Positions 25,730 to 38,575 of a stretch of 64,000 bases of DNA are shown here, one piece after another; within the stretch, counting starts at the first letter, position 1; each line of letters begins with the position of its first letter. Under the pieces are notes generated by a model. The model was given only the letters and a program-made list of their open reading frames with translations, did not search any database and was not told the origin of the DNA. The stretch comes from Trichosphaerium sp. ATCC 40318 (taxonomy: Eukaryota > Protista > Tubulinea). The position numbers and the translations under genes are program-made. The stretch spans positions 82 to 64,081 of the forward strand of contig JALMLS010000142.1 in the NCBI GenBank assembly GCA_038496445.1. Direction: 5' to 3'.

Positions 25730-27128
25730 ATTCACTCGGTAGTATCAAGAGAGGCTGTTCTTACGAGGCGTTACGAGATTTTCAAGTGTGAATTGACTTA
25801 TGTTACACACTTCCGAACCTTTAGGATTCACAAGAATTTATTGTAGTCAGGAGATCTTTCTTTGAGCCTCTGTATGTGTTTTGCTCGCAACGCTACGCGA
25901 TGCGCCTATGAGCAGAAACTACAATCATGATACTACCACAAAATATCTCCCTCATTTGTAGATATTTGTCGTATTATCAGTCATACGGCTACGAAAACGT
26001 GTACGTTCGCCACCCTACAAAACGCGCTTGAAGCGTGTAAGATAGATAGCCTCAACTTGTGTTTAGAGCCTGAAAAAATTGTTTCCTGCAGTTCGTTTGA
26101 CGCTAAAGCAAAACTGGTCATTACAACTGAATCATGAACCAGTTAATACCTCACTGAACGGGTAGATCAAGAGCTCTAAAGAGTTTAAAGGTATTGAAAC
26201 ATTTTGGTAGCAAATGTTCACTTCAAACTCACAACATCTCGACTTAATCGTTTAATAGTCCTTAATATATTTACTTGTGTTACGTAAGAGATTAGCTATC
26301 TGAGATATCTAGATATTGTACGCTTCGTTCAAGTTTTCAGCCAGACTGACTTGTAGACATGTCAATTTAACTGCTTTGTTGTTTGAATGCTGCGAGAGCG
26401 CTTCTGTTAGCGTGGAGTAGGCTCTAGCGTAGCGCTTGCAAGTATATATTGGTTGATTTTTAAGCAAAACAACGGAATGCTCAAGCTTTGTAGACCATAT
26501 AACCTTGAAATTGGCTTTTAGCTCAATAAAGACTGATGTGGTTTTAACGTACATGTGTAGTGTCTACGTAAAATACTGCGATCGTCTTGCCTGAAACTGA
26601 CATTAAAAATGTGTTTATCACTCAAGGGATGTAAGTCGTACTATGATCAGACAGCATCGTGATTAATGGCACGCAAATAGTTCACATTGTGATACATCTA
26701 CACCATTTTGCCAGAAGTGTCAGATCTTGCTAGATCTGCTAAAAGTGCTAGAAACTCACTTTCTAGAAAGTATTAGTAAACCTTGACTCACACAGACAAC
26801 ATTTGCGAATTATCTAGTTTTGCGAAATATCGAAACATCTCTGTGGTTGTAACCTCACGTCAACATGAACACTACCAATTTTGTTTTCATACACGTGTTA
26901 AACGTTTCTCATAATTTAGAAAAATACGCTTCCAGCTTGTACGCAATGGCTTATCTTTCACGTGAGAGTGACGACATATAAACCACAACTCCATTGTTAG
27001 CATTATTACAGTGTTAACTGGGTATAAGTAGAACTTGGGAGGGTGATTTTACGACTACAAGTGATAAAAAACGTGAATCACACATTTTTCAACTTAGTCT
27101 TATCACGATAGCAATTAAAAAATAAAAA

Positions 27129-29882
27129 ATGTTTAAAGTAGCAAAGGTCCTTTGCCCGATATGCGATAAGCGTGTATACGCAATGGATAAGCTAGTAATC
27201 GAAACTATAGCTTACCACAAGGTAAATTTAACAAAGAAAACCCCATCACGTGATGATAAACGTCGTAACGCTTACTAACACGTTTCTTAGACTTGTGTAA
27301 AATGTACTCAATGTAAAAAGACCCTAAACGCTGGAAATTACGCCAGTCTGGCTGGTAACTTCTATTGTAAACCTCATTTTAAACAAGTACGCTTTTACTA
27401 CGCCGAAAAGCCTTACCCTCTTATTTTTTTTTGATGTAAGCTCTTCAAACTTAAAGGAAACTATGATGAAGGTACTCTATGCTGCTTTTATCTTCTATTT
27501 TTAAACTTTTAAACAGGTTTTGGTGGAACACAACATAAGATGAAGTGGGCCAATAAAAGAAACGGAGGTACGTGCATAAGCCATTTAATTTTTCACGCGT
27601 CACGTGAATTACTCTAATTTTTTTTGGGTTGATTAGATTCCAAGTCTTTATCATTTATTCCAACACCTGGTTCGTAGTTTGTAATAGGACATCCAAAAAC
27701 GCGTTGCTCATACTCTGTAGGCAATAATTTCGCAGCTCCAAGTTCAAAGGATTCACCAGTTATAAAGAATGTTACCACATCAAAAAAATCGGATACTACT
27801 AAGCCTGTAGCACAAGAACCAGCGAAGAGGAAGCGACCACTAGCTGTACGATTGAAATTTACTTCACGCTTGAGCTATTTTTACTATATTTGTTTATTTC
27901 ATCCCACGTGACCTTTTTGGGTGTTTACTACGAGCTTATTAATTAATCACGTGGTTAGGTTTCTTTACCAGGCAAAAAAACATCTGAACTTGCTAGCAGG
28001 TTTGAAAGGATGGCAAACAAGGTACATCAAACTAACTGCTTTAATACATGCGTTAATATTTATGCAGGGCCTAAACGCTGTCAAGAAGTCTCCTGCAGCC
28101 ATCACAAATAAACTGTTCGATTCAAAAAAAGAGAATAACCAAACAGAAAAGAGCAGTAAACCTACAAATGAAGCACTTGCTTCACAAAGCGAACGCCCTC
28201 AAGCAACTGCTGGTTCTACTAAAGGACCAGCTGCACTAGTGGCTACTGGTACTAATGGAGATCATGTAAAGCTTGATGGCGATAGTTCGGCGTCCAAAAA
28301 CAATCAAAGTGCTGGAAAGGTGCCTGAACCTGCCAAAGACTTTGCAGCAAAACCTGTTCAAGAGCCAGTGAAAGAACGTGAAGCAGAGCCGGCCAAACAA
28401 CCAGAACCTGAAGCAAAGAAGGAACGTGAACCAACTAAAGCACCACAACCTGTAAAAGAACAAGAAACAGAGCCAACTAAGGAGCCAGAACTAGAGCCAG
28501 CTAAGGAACCAGAACCAGAACCTGTAAAAGAATCCGAACCAACTAAGGAGCCAGAACTAGAGCCAGCTAAGGAGCCAGAACCTGAACCTGTAAAAGAACA
28601 TGAACCAGAGCCAACTAAGGAGCCAGAACCAGAGCCAGTTAAGGATCCAGAACCTGAGGCTGCGAAAGAGCCTGAATCGGTAAAGGCGCTAGAACCAGAA
28701 CATGCTGAAGAAGCTGAGTCTGAAGAGCCAAAGTCAGCGTTTACAGAAGAAACGCAAGAGCCTATTGAAGAACCTGTCAAAGAACCAGAAGAAGAGCCAG
28801 TGGTAGCAACACCTGATCCAACACTTGCTAACGAGCCTGAGCCAACGCCTATCGAGAAGCCTGAACCAGAGCCTATGCAAGAACCAACAGAACCAGAACC
28901 TGAGCAAGAATCAACAAAACCAGAACCTGAACAACAAGAATCAGTTACAGAACTTGCGAATAAGCCACAACCAGCGCACCAGGATGTAATAGCAGAATCT
29001 GAACCAGAGCAAGAACCACCCGAAGAACCAGAACAACCAACTCCACAAACTGCCAAGGCACCTACACAAGAATCTCAACCGCAAACCAACAAAACCGATC
29101 CTAAACCTGCTTCTCACCCAGTGGAAGTGCACAATCCTACAGGTACCCTTTTACAACCAAATGTACATTAATTGACTTGCATAGAAGCCATTGCATCTGA
29201 AAAAGATAACCATGAAACCAACGTTGTGGTAGATTCAGTCGAAATCGCGGAACCTAAACAAGAAGTAAAAGATATTCTTTTCAATATAGAACATCAAACA
29301 AATATAGAAAAGAAGGAAGAAGACCTATCGCCAGCACTCCAAGTTGACACTTTGGTAGAGAGTGACGATGTCGCACTAATTTCGTTGATGGAAGTGCCTC
29401 AAATAATAAACGCAACAAAGTCATCACAAGAACAGCCAGTAGGTTCTATCCCAACTCAAGAAGCCCCATTAGATGTGGACGTTACTCCCTCAGCTCGAGA
29501 TAAACTCAGCGTACAACAGGAAGAGAAGCTTGAGAGCTCTCCTACAATCAAAGAAGAACCAAAACAAGATTCTTCCGATATCACACTTTCAAAAGACACT
29601 TTTGATTCACCTACTTCAGTACAGTCCAACAAGGAATCAATTAAAGTATCTAATCACTCTGATGCAGTCACCAAAACCAGCTCTTCAGTGGCGAAATCGC
29701 TCCCAATGTCAAAAAGTACTTGTGAAAGATAATCATCCTCTTTTTACATTTTTTTTTAGTTAAATTTGTACTTACTTTTTTCTCTTTTTTTAGCAGGTCA
29801 AAGCACTCTTAGTTATGTACCGTTGATGGGTATTATAGGAGCTATTGTTTTAATAGTATCTATAGTTGTAGTTTTTAAATAA
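27129..29882 (+). CDS. LIM-domain protein with long Pro/Glu/Lys repeat linker and C-terminal transmembrane anchor
   Basis: Spliced LIM: [12 protein letters not shown]|[21 protein letters not shown]|[10 protein letters not shown]|GFG (LIMD2/EPLIN-type). EPAKEPEP repeats follow. Last exon [21 protein letters not shown]. Confidence 0.85.
28420..28960 (+). repeat. Coding tandem repeats ([21 protein letters not shown])
   Basis: Repeated CCAACTAAGGAGCCAGAACTAGAGCCAGCTAAGG units. Confidence 0.9.
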
Positions 29883-30074
29883 ATTGTATGTTCACGGTTA
29901 CGGTGGTATACAATGGTGAGCATCTTGACTATTGTCATTTGATTGCTGTTGTAGTCACTTTAGGTTGCATCGAGTAGTGTTTAGCAAATGCTCAAAGAAA
30001 GATCTCGGTAGTGACTCACAGAAATAAAATACTACAAAGAAAGCAGAGGCTGCTTTTGAACCACAAACAGAACT

Positions 30075-30190
30075 ATTGTAATTACCCTTCATCAACTTGC
30101 TGGTGTTAGATCTGGAGTTGTTGATGGAGGTGCTGGACGTGATACAGTTAGTGCCACTTTATTCAATTAGTTCTTGGAGATAACAGGATG
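30075..30190 (+). pseudogene. 3' relic of the RTX-like secreted gene
   Basis: Translates VITLHQLAGVRSGVVDGGAGRDTVSATLFN*FLEITG, matching VITLRQLGGGTSGVVVDGGAGCDMVTA of copy B, with a stop. Confidence 0.75.
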
Positions 30191-30263
30191 CTACTCATTT
30201 AGCTCTGTTAAGAAAAAAGTACAACCATTAAGTTGTCACCAGCTAGCCATATTTATTGCTACA

Positions 30264-32288
30264 CTACAAGACACCACAGAACCTTACAACGTCCAAATAG
30301 GTCTCAGAACAAACATAGCGCTGATTAATATTATTTTTAATTGTAACATTCTCACAACCGGTAACATTAATAAATCCTACCCCCTCTAATGCCTTAACAC
30401 CATCATCTGTGACACAGGTTTTACATACATCAATTGTTTTAACGCCAACCAATGCCTTAATACCCTCATCTGTAACTTTGCACCCTGATAAATCAATTGT
30501 ATGAACACCAGCCAATGCCTTAATACTTGCATCTGACACTTCTGTATTCCTTAAATTAATGGTGTGAACGCCAACTAACATTTTAATACTCTTATCAGTA
30601 ACCTTGCTACAACTGCCCAAATGAATTTCATGAACACCAACCAATGCTTTAATACCATTATCTGTAACATGTGTATTACCATTCAAACAAATGTTGTGAA
30701 CACCAGCCAATGCTCTAACACCTTTATCTGTAACTTGGCACGCCACCAGACTAATTTTATGTACACCAGCTAAAGCTTTGACACCTTCATCTGTAACATT
30801 GGTCCCTGATAAATAAATTGTATGAACGCCAGCCAAATGTTTAACACCCTTATCAGTAACTTTGCTACAATTTCTTAAACTGATTTTATGAACGCCAGCC
30901 AATGCCATAACACCTTCATCTGTAACAAGTTTATTCTGTGATAAATCAATAGTATGAACACCTGCCAGTGCTTTAATACCATCATCTGAAATCCGATTAG
31001 CATCACATAATAGAATTGTATGAACACCTGCCAATGATTTAATGCCTTTATCTGAAACACTTGTGCGCCCTAAATTAATAGTATGAACTCCAGCCAAAGC
31101 CTTAACACCTTTGTCTGTAACTTTTGATTTCCAAAGGTTGATAGTATGTACTCCAGAAAATGCTTTAATGCAGTCATCCCCAACACGACATCCTTTGAAG
31201 TCTATTTCATGAGCACCTGCCAACGCTTTAATGCCGTCAGCTGTAATACCTTCACACTTTGAAACATGAATTGTATGAACCCCAGCTAGTGCTTTAATGC
31301 TTCTATCTGAAAAATTGTAACAATTCATTAACATAACAGTGTGAACGCCAGCCAGTGCTTTAATACCCTTGTTGGTAACTTGAGAATAAGAAAGGTTAAT
31401 TGAATGAACACCACCTTTTGCGAGAGCTTTAATGCAATTATCTTTAAGTTTACAACATTGTAGCTGTATAGTATGAACACCTGCCAATGCTTTAATTCCA
31501 TCACTTGTCACAGAACAACGAGTTAAATTAATGTTGTGAACACCAATTAAGCAGTTAAGTCCTTCATCTGTGATATTGGTACAATTGCTTAAATTAATTG
31601 TATGAACGCCAGCTAATGATTGAAGTGCTTCATCTGTGATATTGGTACAATTGCTTAAATTAATTGTATGAACGCCAGCTAATGATTGAAGTGCATCATC
31701 TGTGACACGTGTACAATCGCTTAAATCAATTTCATGAACGCCTGCCAACGCTTTAATACCTTTATCTGTAATACGCGTACAATAACTTAAGCCAATTGTA
31801 TGAATACCAGCCAATGATTTGATACCATCATCCGTTACTTTTGTACCGTCTAAAATAATTTTGTGAATTCCAGAAAGTTGGTGAAGATGCTCATCAGTTA
31901 CAAAGTGACAATAACTAAAGTCGATACTGTCAATCACTTTAAAGTCTGTAAAGTCCATACAGTCTGGCTGTTCCATTCTACGAATTTTGAGTGCATACAC
32001 TCCTTGTAGGTACTTCAAATGCTTTTGTTTAATAGGGAACTTAAGAATTATTTTAGTTGTCTTTCTGATATGTGGGGATGATTGTTTGTACAGTTGTTTT
32101 AGTTCTTTCTTTGTATTAACCACAGTATTAGCCGGTTTCAGTTCAAATCCCAGGTGCTGTGTTGCTACATTTGATAATAACGTACATGTACATACAACGG
32201 AATGCATAGATAACGTAGAAACGAACTGTAGAATAATAATTATTATTTCTACCGGAATCTCATCAAAGAATGCTGTAGTTGAGTTCAT
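30264..32288 (-). CDS. F-box + leucine-rich repeat protein (about 21 repeats of 24-26 aa), intronless
   Basis: FDEIPVEIIIIILQFV..VC F-box. Repeats follow LAGVHTI.LS.C..VTD.GIK. A near-perfect 78-bp duplication lies at about 31563-31703. Confidence 0.92.
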   Translation of the reverse strand: MNSTTAFFDEIPVEIIIIILQFVSTLSMHSVVCTCTLLSNVATQHLGFELKPANTVVNTKKELKQLYKQSSPHIRKTTKIILKFPIKQKHLKYLQGVYALKIRRMEQPDCMDFTDFKVIDSIDFSYCHFVTDEHLHQLSGIHKIILDGTKVTDDGIKSLAGIHTIGLSYCTRITDKGIKALAGVHEIDLSDCTRVTDDALQSLAGVHTINLSNCTNITDEALQSLAGVHTINLSNCTNITDEGLNCLIGVHNINLTRCSVTSDGIKALAGVHTIQLQCCKLKDNCIKALAKGGVHSINLSYSQVTNKGIKALAGVHTVMLMNCYNFSDRSIKALAGVHTIHVSKCEGITADGIKALAGAHEIDFKGCRVGDDCIKAFSGVHTINLWKSKVTDKGVKALAGVHTINLGRTSVSDKGIKSLAGVHTILLCDANRISDDGIKALAGVHTIDLSQNKLVTDEGVMALAGVHKISLRNCSKVTDKGVKHLAGVHTIYLSGTNVTDEGVKALAGVHKISLVACQVTDKGVRALAGVHNICLNGNTHVTDNGIKALVGVHEIHLGSCSKVTDKSIKMLVGVHTINLRNTEVSDASIKALAGVHTIDLSGCKVTDEGIKALVGVKTIDVCKTCVTDDGVKALEGVGFINVTGCENVTIKNNINQRYVCSETYLDVVRFCGVL

Positions 32289-33241
32289 TTTATTTTTGTA
32301 GCTCAGTGTTGTTGTTTGTAGGTTTATGGGATGTTATGTGATCTAGACGGACCGGAGTTGACTTTAGTTTCCGTCTTTATGCAATGTTCGATACTGCCGG
32401 ATTATCATAACACCGCCCTACTCTTACCAGTACACATATCGGAGAGATAATTGGATTCTTTATAGCCAGCGTTTGTGTTACAAACGTTTGATTTAAGTAC
32501 CCATTATTATAGGTAATGCTTGTATATTATACGTGGTATTAACACTCTACTTCAAAGCTATCCAATGGCAATGCAAACAGCACGTGATGTCGGTAAACAA
32601 CTTTTTTGTAAAAATATCAAAAAGCGAGAGATTGCGTCGCACGTTGTATCTTAAGGTAGCCAAACCCTCGACACATATACAGACGCTATCATCGTCAATT
32701 AAACGACTAATACTACCTTCAGGAGCCATAGTTGCAAATTTGAAAGTTTTCGAAGGAACATGATGACATGATAACCTTAGCTAACGCAACGCCTAGGATA
32801 GGTGGTCCCAGACTGCGGAATACTTGGGTCGATGCTCTCGCACTAGTAAACTGAACCAAGGTGTTTTTAAACAGGACAAATCTGTTCGGAAAAAAATTGT
32901 GGTTTGGCTTTCACTGAAATATCCAGTTTTTGTCACAAAAAACACACAGATTTTAAAAGCGGTTTATTCACCAGGCGGCGTTTGTGTTTACCATGCTTGT
33001 AAGTGTATAGATTTTTTGTCTTTTCAAAGTTTAATGAGACAAGTTTTTTTTAAAGAACTACAACTACTTGAAAAAATCCGCCAGCAAGGCGTACTTCCCT
33101 GTCACATTAATAAAGCTAGCCTGTAAAATAGCTGTTCTTACTCGCAAAGCGTCGTAAAACCTATACACAGTAACACGAGTGGTTTTGCAGGCGAAATAGT
33201 CACAAAAAAAAATGAACGAAAATGTTTTTTTCTTGTGTTTT

Positions 33242-36200
33242 CTACATTTTATTGACAAACTTCTCCAGTTCATCTCCCGGATCTTCTAAAGTACTTAGAC
33301 CACCTAACTCTTTTCTGAAGTATATTACATCTTCAAGCAACCTTGTTTTTTGTTCTTGGTTTAATTTTAAGCGTCCAAACGCCTCTTTAAGTGTATCATG
33401 ATACATCTCTATTACCATACCAAAGACGTGTCTCATTTTATCTTCAGACAACACGGGAGCAATTATATTATGTAGTAATCCGGTCTTATGACAGAGTACT
33501 TGGAAGGGTTTACTAGGAGAAGGATTTTGCGTATAAACCTAAACAGTACAGTCAAATAAAATATGGCGTTTACGGACAACCCAAAAACTAAAGGTTTTTG
33601 GTCTTTCTCACTCACCTTGAAGTCTTTGAATTCTTTATTAAGGCGGTCACGCATGATAGCAACTATAGACCTAAAAATCTCATTCTTATGTGTAACATAA
33701 TCCTAAAATAGTTTAAGAACTTGATACTGAAAAAAAGGTAGAAAATATTTGTTTTGCAAACCTGTTTTATGCGCTCCAAGTCTTGTAGCATAGGATGTAT
33801 CTCGTCCTCATCATGTTTTGGTAAAAAAGGTCTAGCATGCGCTGATATTGCAGGGAGCGTTTTCGCAATGAGATCTAGAGCCTGTGTAGCAAGTGCCAAG
33901 TTTTTAGCTGTAACTGCTTTTACAGCACGTTTTTCTCTCATTCCTTGTCCCAGCACTAATGAACAAGTACGTTGATTATAAACCTATAAAATACTTATTA
34001 CTTAAATAGCGATAATCTAGAATAAAGCCTGGCAGCCCAAAAAATAAGTAAACAAGATTTGTTTCTGTGAAAAAAAACCTAACTTTACAGCGTTTGAAAC
34101 TGTCATGGGCTGTAGGCACCATACAACAGTTAAAAGTATTTTGAAAACTCTTTTCAGGAAATTATAGGCAGTTTTTTGGTCACGTTGTTATCACGTGATT
34201 GTATCAAAAAAGGGAGAAAACTGCGTACCATTAGAATTTCGCCAACTCTTTGTATGTAGTCACCAACAAGGAAAGGTATATGCTCTAAAAATGTACGATA
34301 CTCATCCAATATAACGCAAAACATAAGAGCGCTATTAACAAGAACAAACCTCTCATCTCCAAGATAAACAACATCCATACTCTCATCTCCAGCATCCTTT
34401 GTTGCAGGTTTTCTTGAAAGGGAATGAATAATATTTCTTATTTCTGGTATAATCATAGACTGATTCCAATCCTCATTATCAAGGACACCACATGTCTTTT
34501 CCATCTTATGTTTATGAAATGTTTGTAGATATAGTTTAGATTGCTTAACAAGCGTAGGACGAAGTGCAACAGAAGATTTTTGTGAAATAGAAACAACTTT
34601 TTTGATGAAAGTGTCAACACTCTCAACAAGGTTCGTAAAATGCTCTAAAGTCAATCTACGGTGTACTTGTTTACGTAATAGAATAATCTTGTTTATACGA
34701 AACTGTGCATTCTCACTAAGATCAACAACAAGAGTATTTATCATGATCTATAGGTTCGTCAGTCCAGCAATGAAATAAAAACAAAGAAAAAATAAAGAAA
34801 AAAATAATAATAAGCACTGAAAGACTTGAATATATTCTTAAACTGTTGTAAGGTTGGTAGCTTTGCATTTTCGCTACAATACCAACCATCATATTTTTGT
34901 GCGTGTAGACCAAAGCAAGAAAAAAAGAGGAAAAATACAAAGAGGATTACAAACAACAAGAATCTTCAAATTTCTGTTTTGAAGTCGTTTGTTTTTTGTG
35001 TAATATATTTCGACGTACATCTGCTCTCTTTTGCGACTCAGTTTCTTCTTGTCCATTAAAAGCTGGCATATCCCATATAGCCTCAAGTACAGTCTTGAAC
35101 GTTTTCGCTTTCGTCAAAATCTTTAAAAGACTATCCATAGCAATCGTCAGAGCACCACTGAACGTAGCAACATCCATAGAGCGAATACGATCTTCTATTT
35201 TCCTCTCATCTTTCTCATCTACAATATCAATTAAATCAAGCAACATCAGTTAACCGTTCGGTAAGCTCGCCAAAGCAATTTTCTAAACGAAGAGAAAAAA
35301 AAAGAAAAAAGTTGTACCTTCAAAAGGCTGTCTTGCTTGCTGTTTGATTTGTCCATACAGTATCTCTCTATACTTTTCAATAACATCTTGTAGTATATCT
35401 CTAGTAGCTAGGTTATAAGCTAATGTAGATATATCACTAATTGGAGGCTCATCCATGACGACAACTGCCAAGAATTTTTCTTTAACTTTATCTTGTAATT
35501 CAACAAAACAAGTCTTCAATTTATTCTTCAGAGGTCTGCAATACAGAAACAAAGAGTTAGAGTACGAGAAAACAATAATAACTCTTAAATAGAGGTTAAA
35601 ACAATTACCCAAGTGAAGATACGCCTTGTAAACGATCAGAAAAAAGCTGTAAAGCTTGTTCTACAAATTCCAACGCTACAACAAATAACTCTTTCTCTCT
35701 AGCCTCAAGAGCACTCTTATAAAAGCTCTGAACTCGTCGTATTGTAGTGAGCTAAAGAAAAAAGTGTTAACTATAAGTGGAAGAAAGAAGACAAAAGAAC
35801 AAGAGAAATCCTCGAATAACAAGCCTCGCGTTGGGTCTCACTTACCTTGCTTGCTAGTATTTCCAAGTTTCTTCTTTTATTTCTTAGTTTAATAACGTTT
35901 AAAGGTTGTTGGACTTGACTCTCATGTACTGTAACCAAATCTCTCTTTATGCCCTCAATACGCTTTAAAGTACCAGATACTTCACCATCAAGTGATTCTA
36001 GAGTTAACAGCGCTGAGAATACGGCAGTGGAACGGCTTGAGATAGCGTTGACGAGTTTTAATTCTATTAAATCCAAGTACACGCAAAGCTAAATGAGCAA
36101 CTTAGCAATGAGATTGCCTTGAAGACATAAATGAGGTTATCTCTTCGTACCTTTTCTTGAATGAGATTTGATAATTTTCGTCCTGCAGCTGCTGTTGGCT

Positions 36201-36780
36201 CCTGGTAAACGACGCGGAATGTTTGTGGATCACTTAGGTCGAATGTGGATGAAAAGAATAGTTTGGGGACTACTTTGTATACTTCTGTATTCTCCGCTCG
36301 TGTTCTCGTCTAATATTGAGTTAAAACAAGCGCTTGGCAGCATTTCGCGTCTTTAAAATTTGACACTTGAATTGACGTACGCGCTCGCTGTCTTTACGTC
36401 GTAAGCGGCGTCCTCTGTCTAATTGCTAGGCGGTTCTTTAAGCAATGTACATCAAAGCAGCAAATAGTTCTGGTAGAAGCGTTTTTGATGCTGTACTGCT
36501 AATTACCTTGTGTATTGAGTCAAAATAGCTCTTAAAACTTGCAACGTCAATATCAGACGTTGGAGCCACTGTCGGTTTAGGAAAGTATAAAGTGCTCTTC
36601 TTGCGTGCGTTCTGTGTGGTTACATGGTTTAGAAATTATAATTAGGCCATAAACGGTTAATTACCCTTGGATCCGCTAGTACAGCTGTTAGTGAGCGTCC
36701 ATACACTATTTGAGGGCCATTATAAGTCCTGTCTTTATTTTCGCCTTTTTGCCCGTGCTCTGCCATACAAGCATACCGTT
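33242..36780 (-). CDS. VPS54: GARP complex subunit Vps54 (multi-exon; start approximate)
   Basis: SLTAVLADPR, YLDLIELKLVNAISSRS..F.AL, FH..KM....VLDNEDW, ERFVLVNSALM, CSLVLGQG..KAVTAKNLALATQAL and IMRDR match the Vps54 motif order. Confidence 0.88.
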
Positions 36781-37007
36781 GAGGGGTTTTGAGCGAAAGA
36801 TGGTTACCGAAGCGTGTCGACGTTGACTGTTAGAGAAAACAACAAAACGACAAAAACGCGAAGTGTATAAACCATTTCGAGTTATAGACGCATTGCATGC
36901 TTCAGGCACGGTAAAATTCAATATTTACTAATACACGTGGACATGCAAAGACATCATCTTGTTAAACTGCGAGTATCTTTCGTAAACATACTATTGCTTG
37001 TTGTACG

Positions 37008-38004
37008 TCAACCCAAATGTTGTCGTATAAAATTCGTTGCATCTGCCATTGCCTTGTCAGCTTGCTCTTTTAGCAGAGAATTATTCTCATGATCGCCTCT
37101 AACAACAAATCCATGCATCATACCTAAATATCATTTGATGTCAGCAAACACGTGCGGATTATAATACATTGTATTAGTACCATGTCCAAAAATTTTAAGA
37201 GTGCCAACACCTTCACCATCATTGAACGCTTTAATTATTTCATTCTTTGCCTCTTCTTTAAAAAATTTATCTTTTGCAACTGTTATGTAGAACAAAGGAC
37301 ACTTTGCCTTTTTAACTGCTTCACCGCCATCACCTACACCATGAATAGATACAGCGGCTCCTACAACTCCACTAGCAGCTAAATGACTACTGCAACAAAG
37401 GCCACCTAAGAATTAAATGAGAACGCTAGCTTGCTACAAACAAAAGAGCACCCCAACAAAAGCCGACACATCCTACTTTCTCGTAACCTTTCACCTTTAA
37501 AAACTGAACCACTAGCTTAACATAACGTTATCACTACTATACCGAACTACAAACAAGGCGTACAGGCAATTGATTGTTGATAAGGTTGTCCATAAACTGT
37601 TGCGATGAAACTTTTTCAAACCATTTTTTATAATCGCTACTACCGTGCTTTGCATGTTTAGGCCGCGGGTGTTGCGAAAAAAAGTCTACAAGAGTGTCAG
37701 GAAATACGTAGTTTTGTGTTGTAAATACTTGGCATAATAGCGTAAAACCCTTTTGACGCCATGTAATCTACTATGTATTTACAATTAGGTATATCTAGAA
37801 CAGTTTTTTAGATGGTTGGTTATGTATTTATCAATAGCGCCTACCAAAGCCGTATACATCGTGTAAGACTATCACAGCGCGTTTTGGCCCATTATTAGGT
37901 GTTTCTGGTGCTAAATGGTAGATAGGAAGAGATTTGAGCTTGCCGACGCTTCCCTTCAACTGAGCGCCATCGCGGACAATACCTATACAACAAGGTTCCT
38001 CCAT
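37008..38004 (-). CDS. Dienelactone hydrolase family protein (CMBL-like), 6 exons, missed by the ORF track
   Basis: Spliced: MEEPCC..RAVIVLHDVYGF|DIPNCKYIVDYMASKGFYAIMP|..|KVGCVGFCW|GG..SIHG..KCPLF..KD..|GMMHGFVVRG..FIRQHLG*. Cys-Asp-His triad motifs present. Confidence 0.9.
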
Positions 38005-38575
38005 TAAACTGTTAAGTTGTTATTAATTGAATCAAATAATTCGAAAAAAGAAATTTTCACAAAGTCAAATGTTTAACGTATTCCTGGGTGAGTGTCAAGC
38101 GAACTGAATTTAAAGTATCAAATAATGATGTATGGTTCGCTTAGAATTGCATCCTACTAGGCAGAGGCCTAAATGTCTTCATTATACTACATAACAAAAG
38201 CGGGTACGAATTTAGCTGAAACCAATTTGTTTCAACTTCTAAATGTCCTCAACGCGTAACCATGATGTTTGACGAGATTTGCAGCTCGTTCACGGTTTTT
38301 GAAGTGCCAATCGTGATTTCATATGCCGCGTTCTTTCTTTTTTAGAACATAATTGATGGGGCTGTAACGGCAAGTATCTATTGGACAGTCACGTTACAAA
38401 CACGTGATAAATTTAAAAAAAGGGATTTGACAAAAAATTAATCTCAAATCGCACTGACGAACAGCAGGACAATCAGATAACAAGACCATGTTTTTTTTTT
38501 CACTAATACCATTCAATTTGCTTCTAGTCAACGTAAAACAAGGCTTGTTTTTTTGCCTTTTTATACTAAAAAGGA

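Noticed and set aside
25927-26900. Possible degenerate F-box/LRR relic (MILPQNISLICRYLS..)
   Set aside because: It is too eroded to support without an alignment.
28358-29056. 232-aa Gly/Ser-rich ORF on the minus strand
   Set aside because: It is the antisense shadow of the EPxKE coding repeats.
20075-32288. Diversity-generating retroelement (template/variable repeat pair) between the LRR copies
   Set aside because: No reverse transcriptase was seen and the differences are not adenine-specific. Ordinary duplication explains them.
9344-32288. Integrated giant-virus segment
   Set aside because: No NCLDV core genes were recognised, and the virus-like repeat genes are interleaved with intron-rich host genes.
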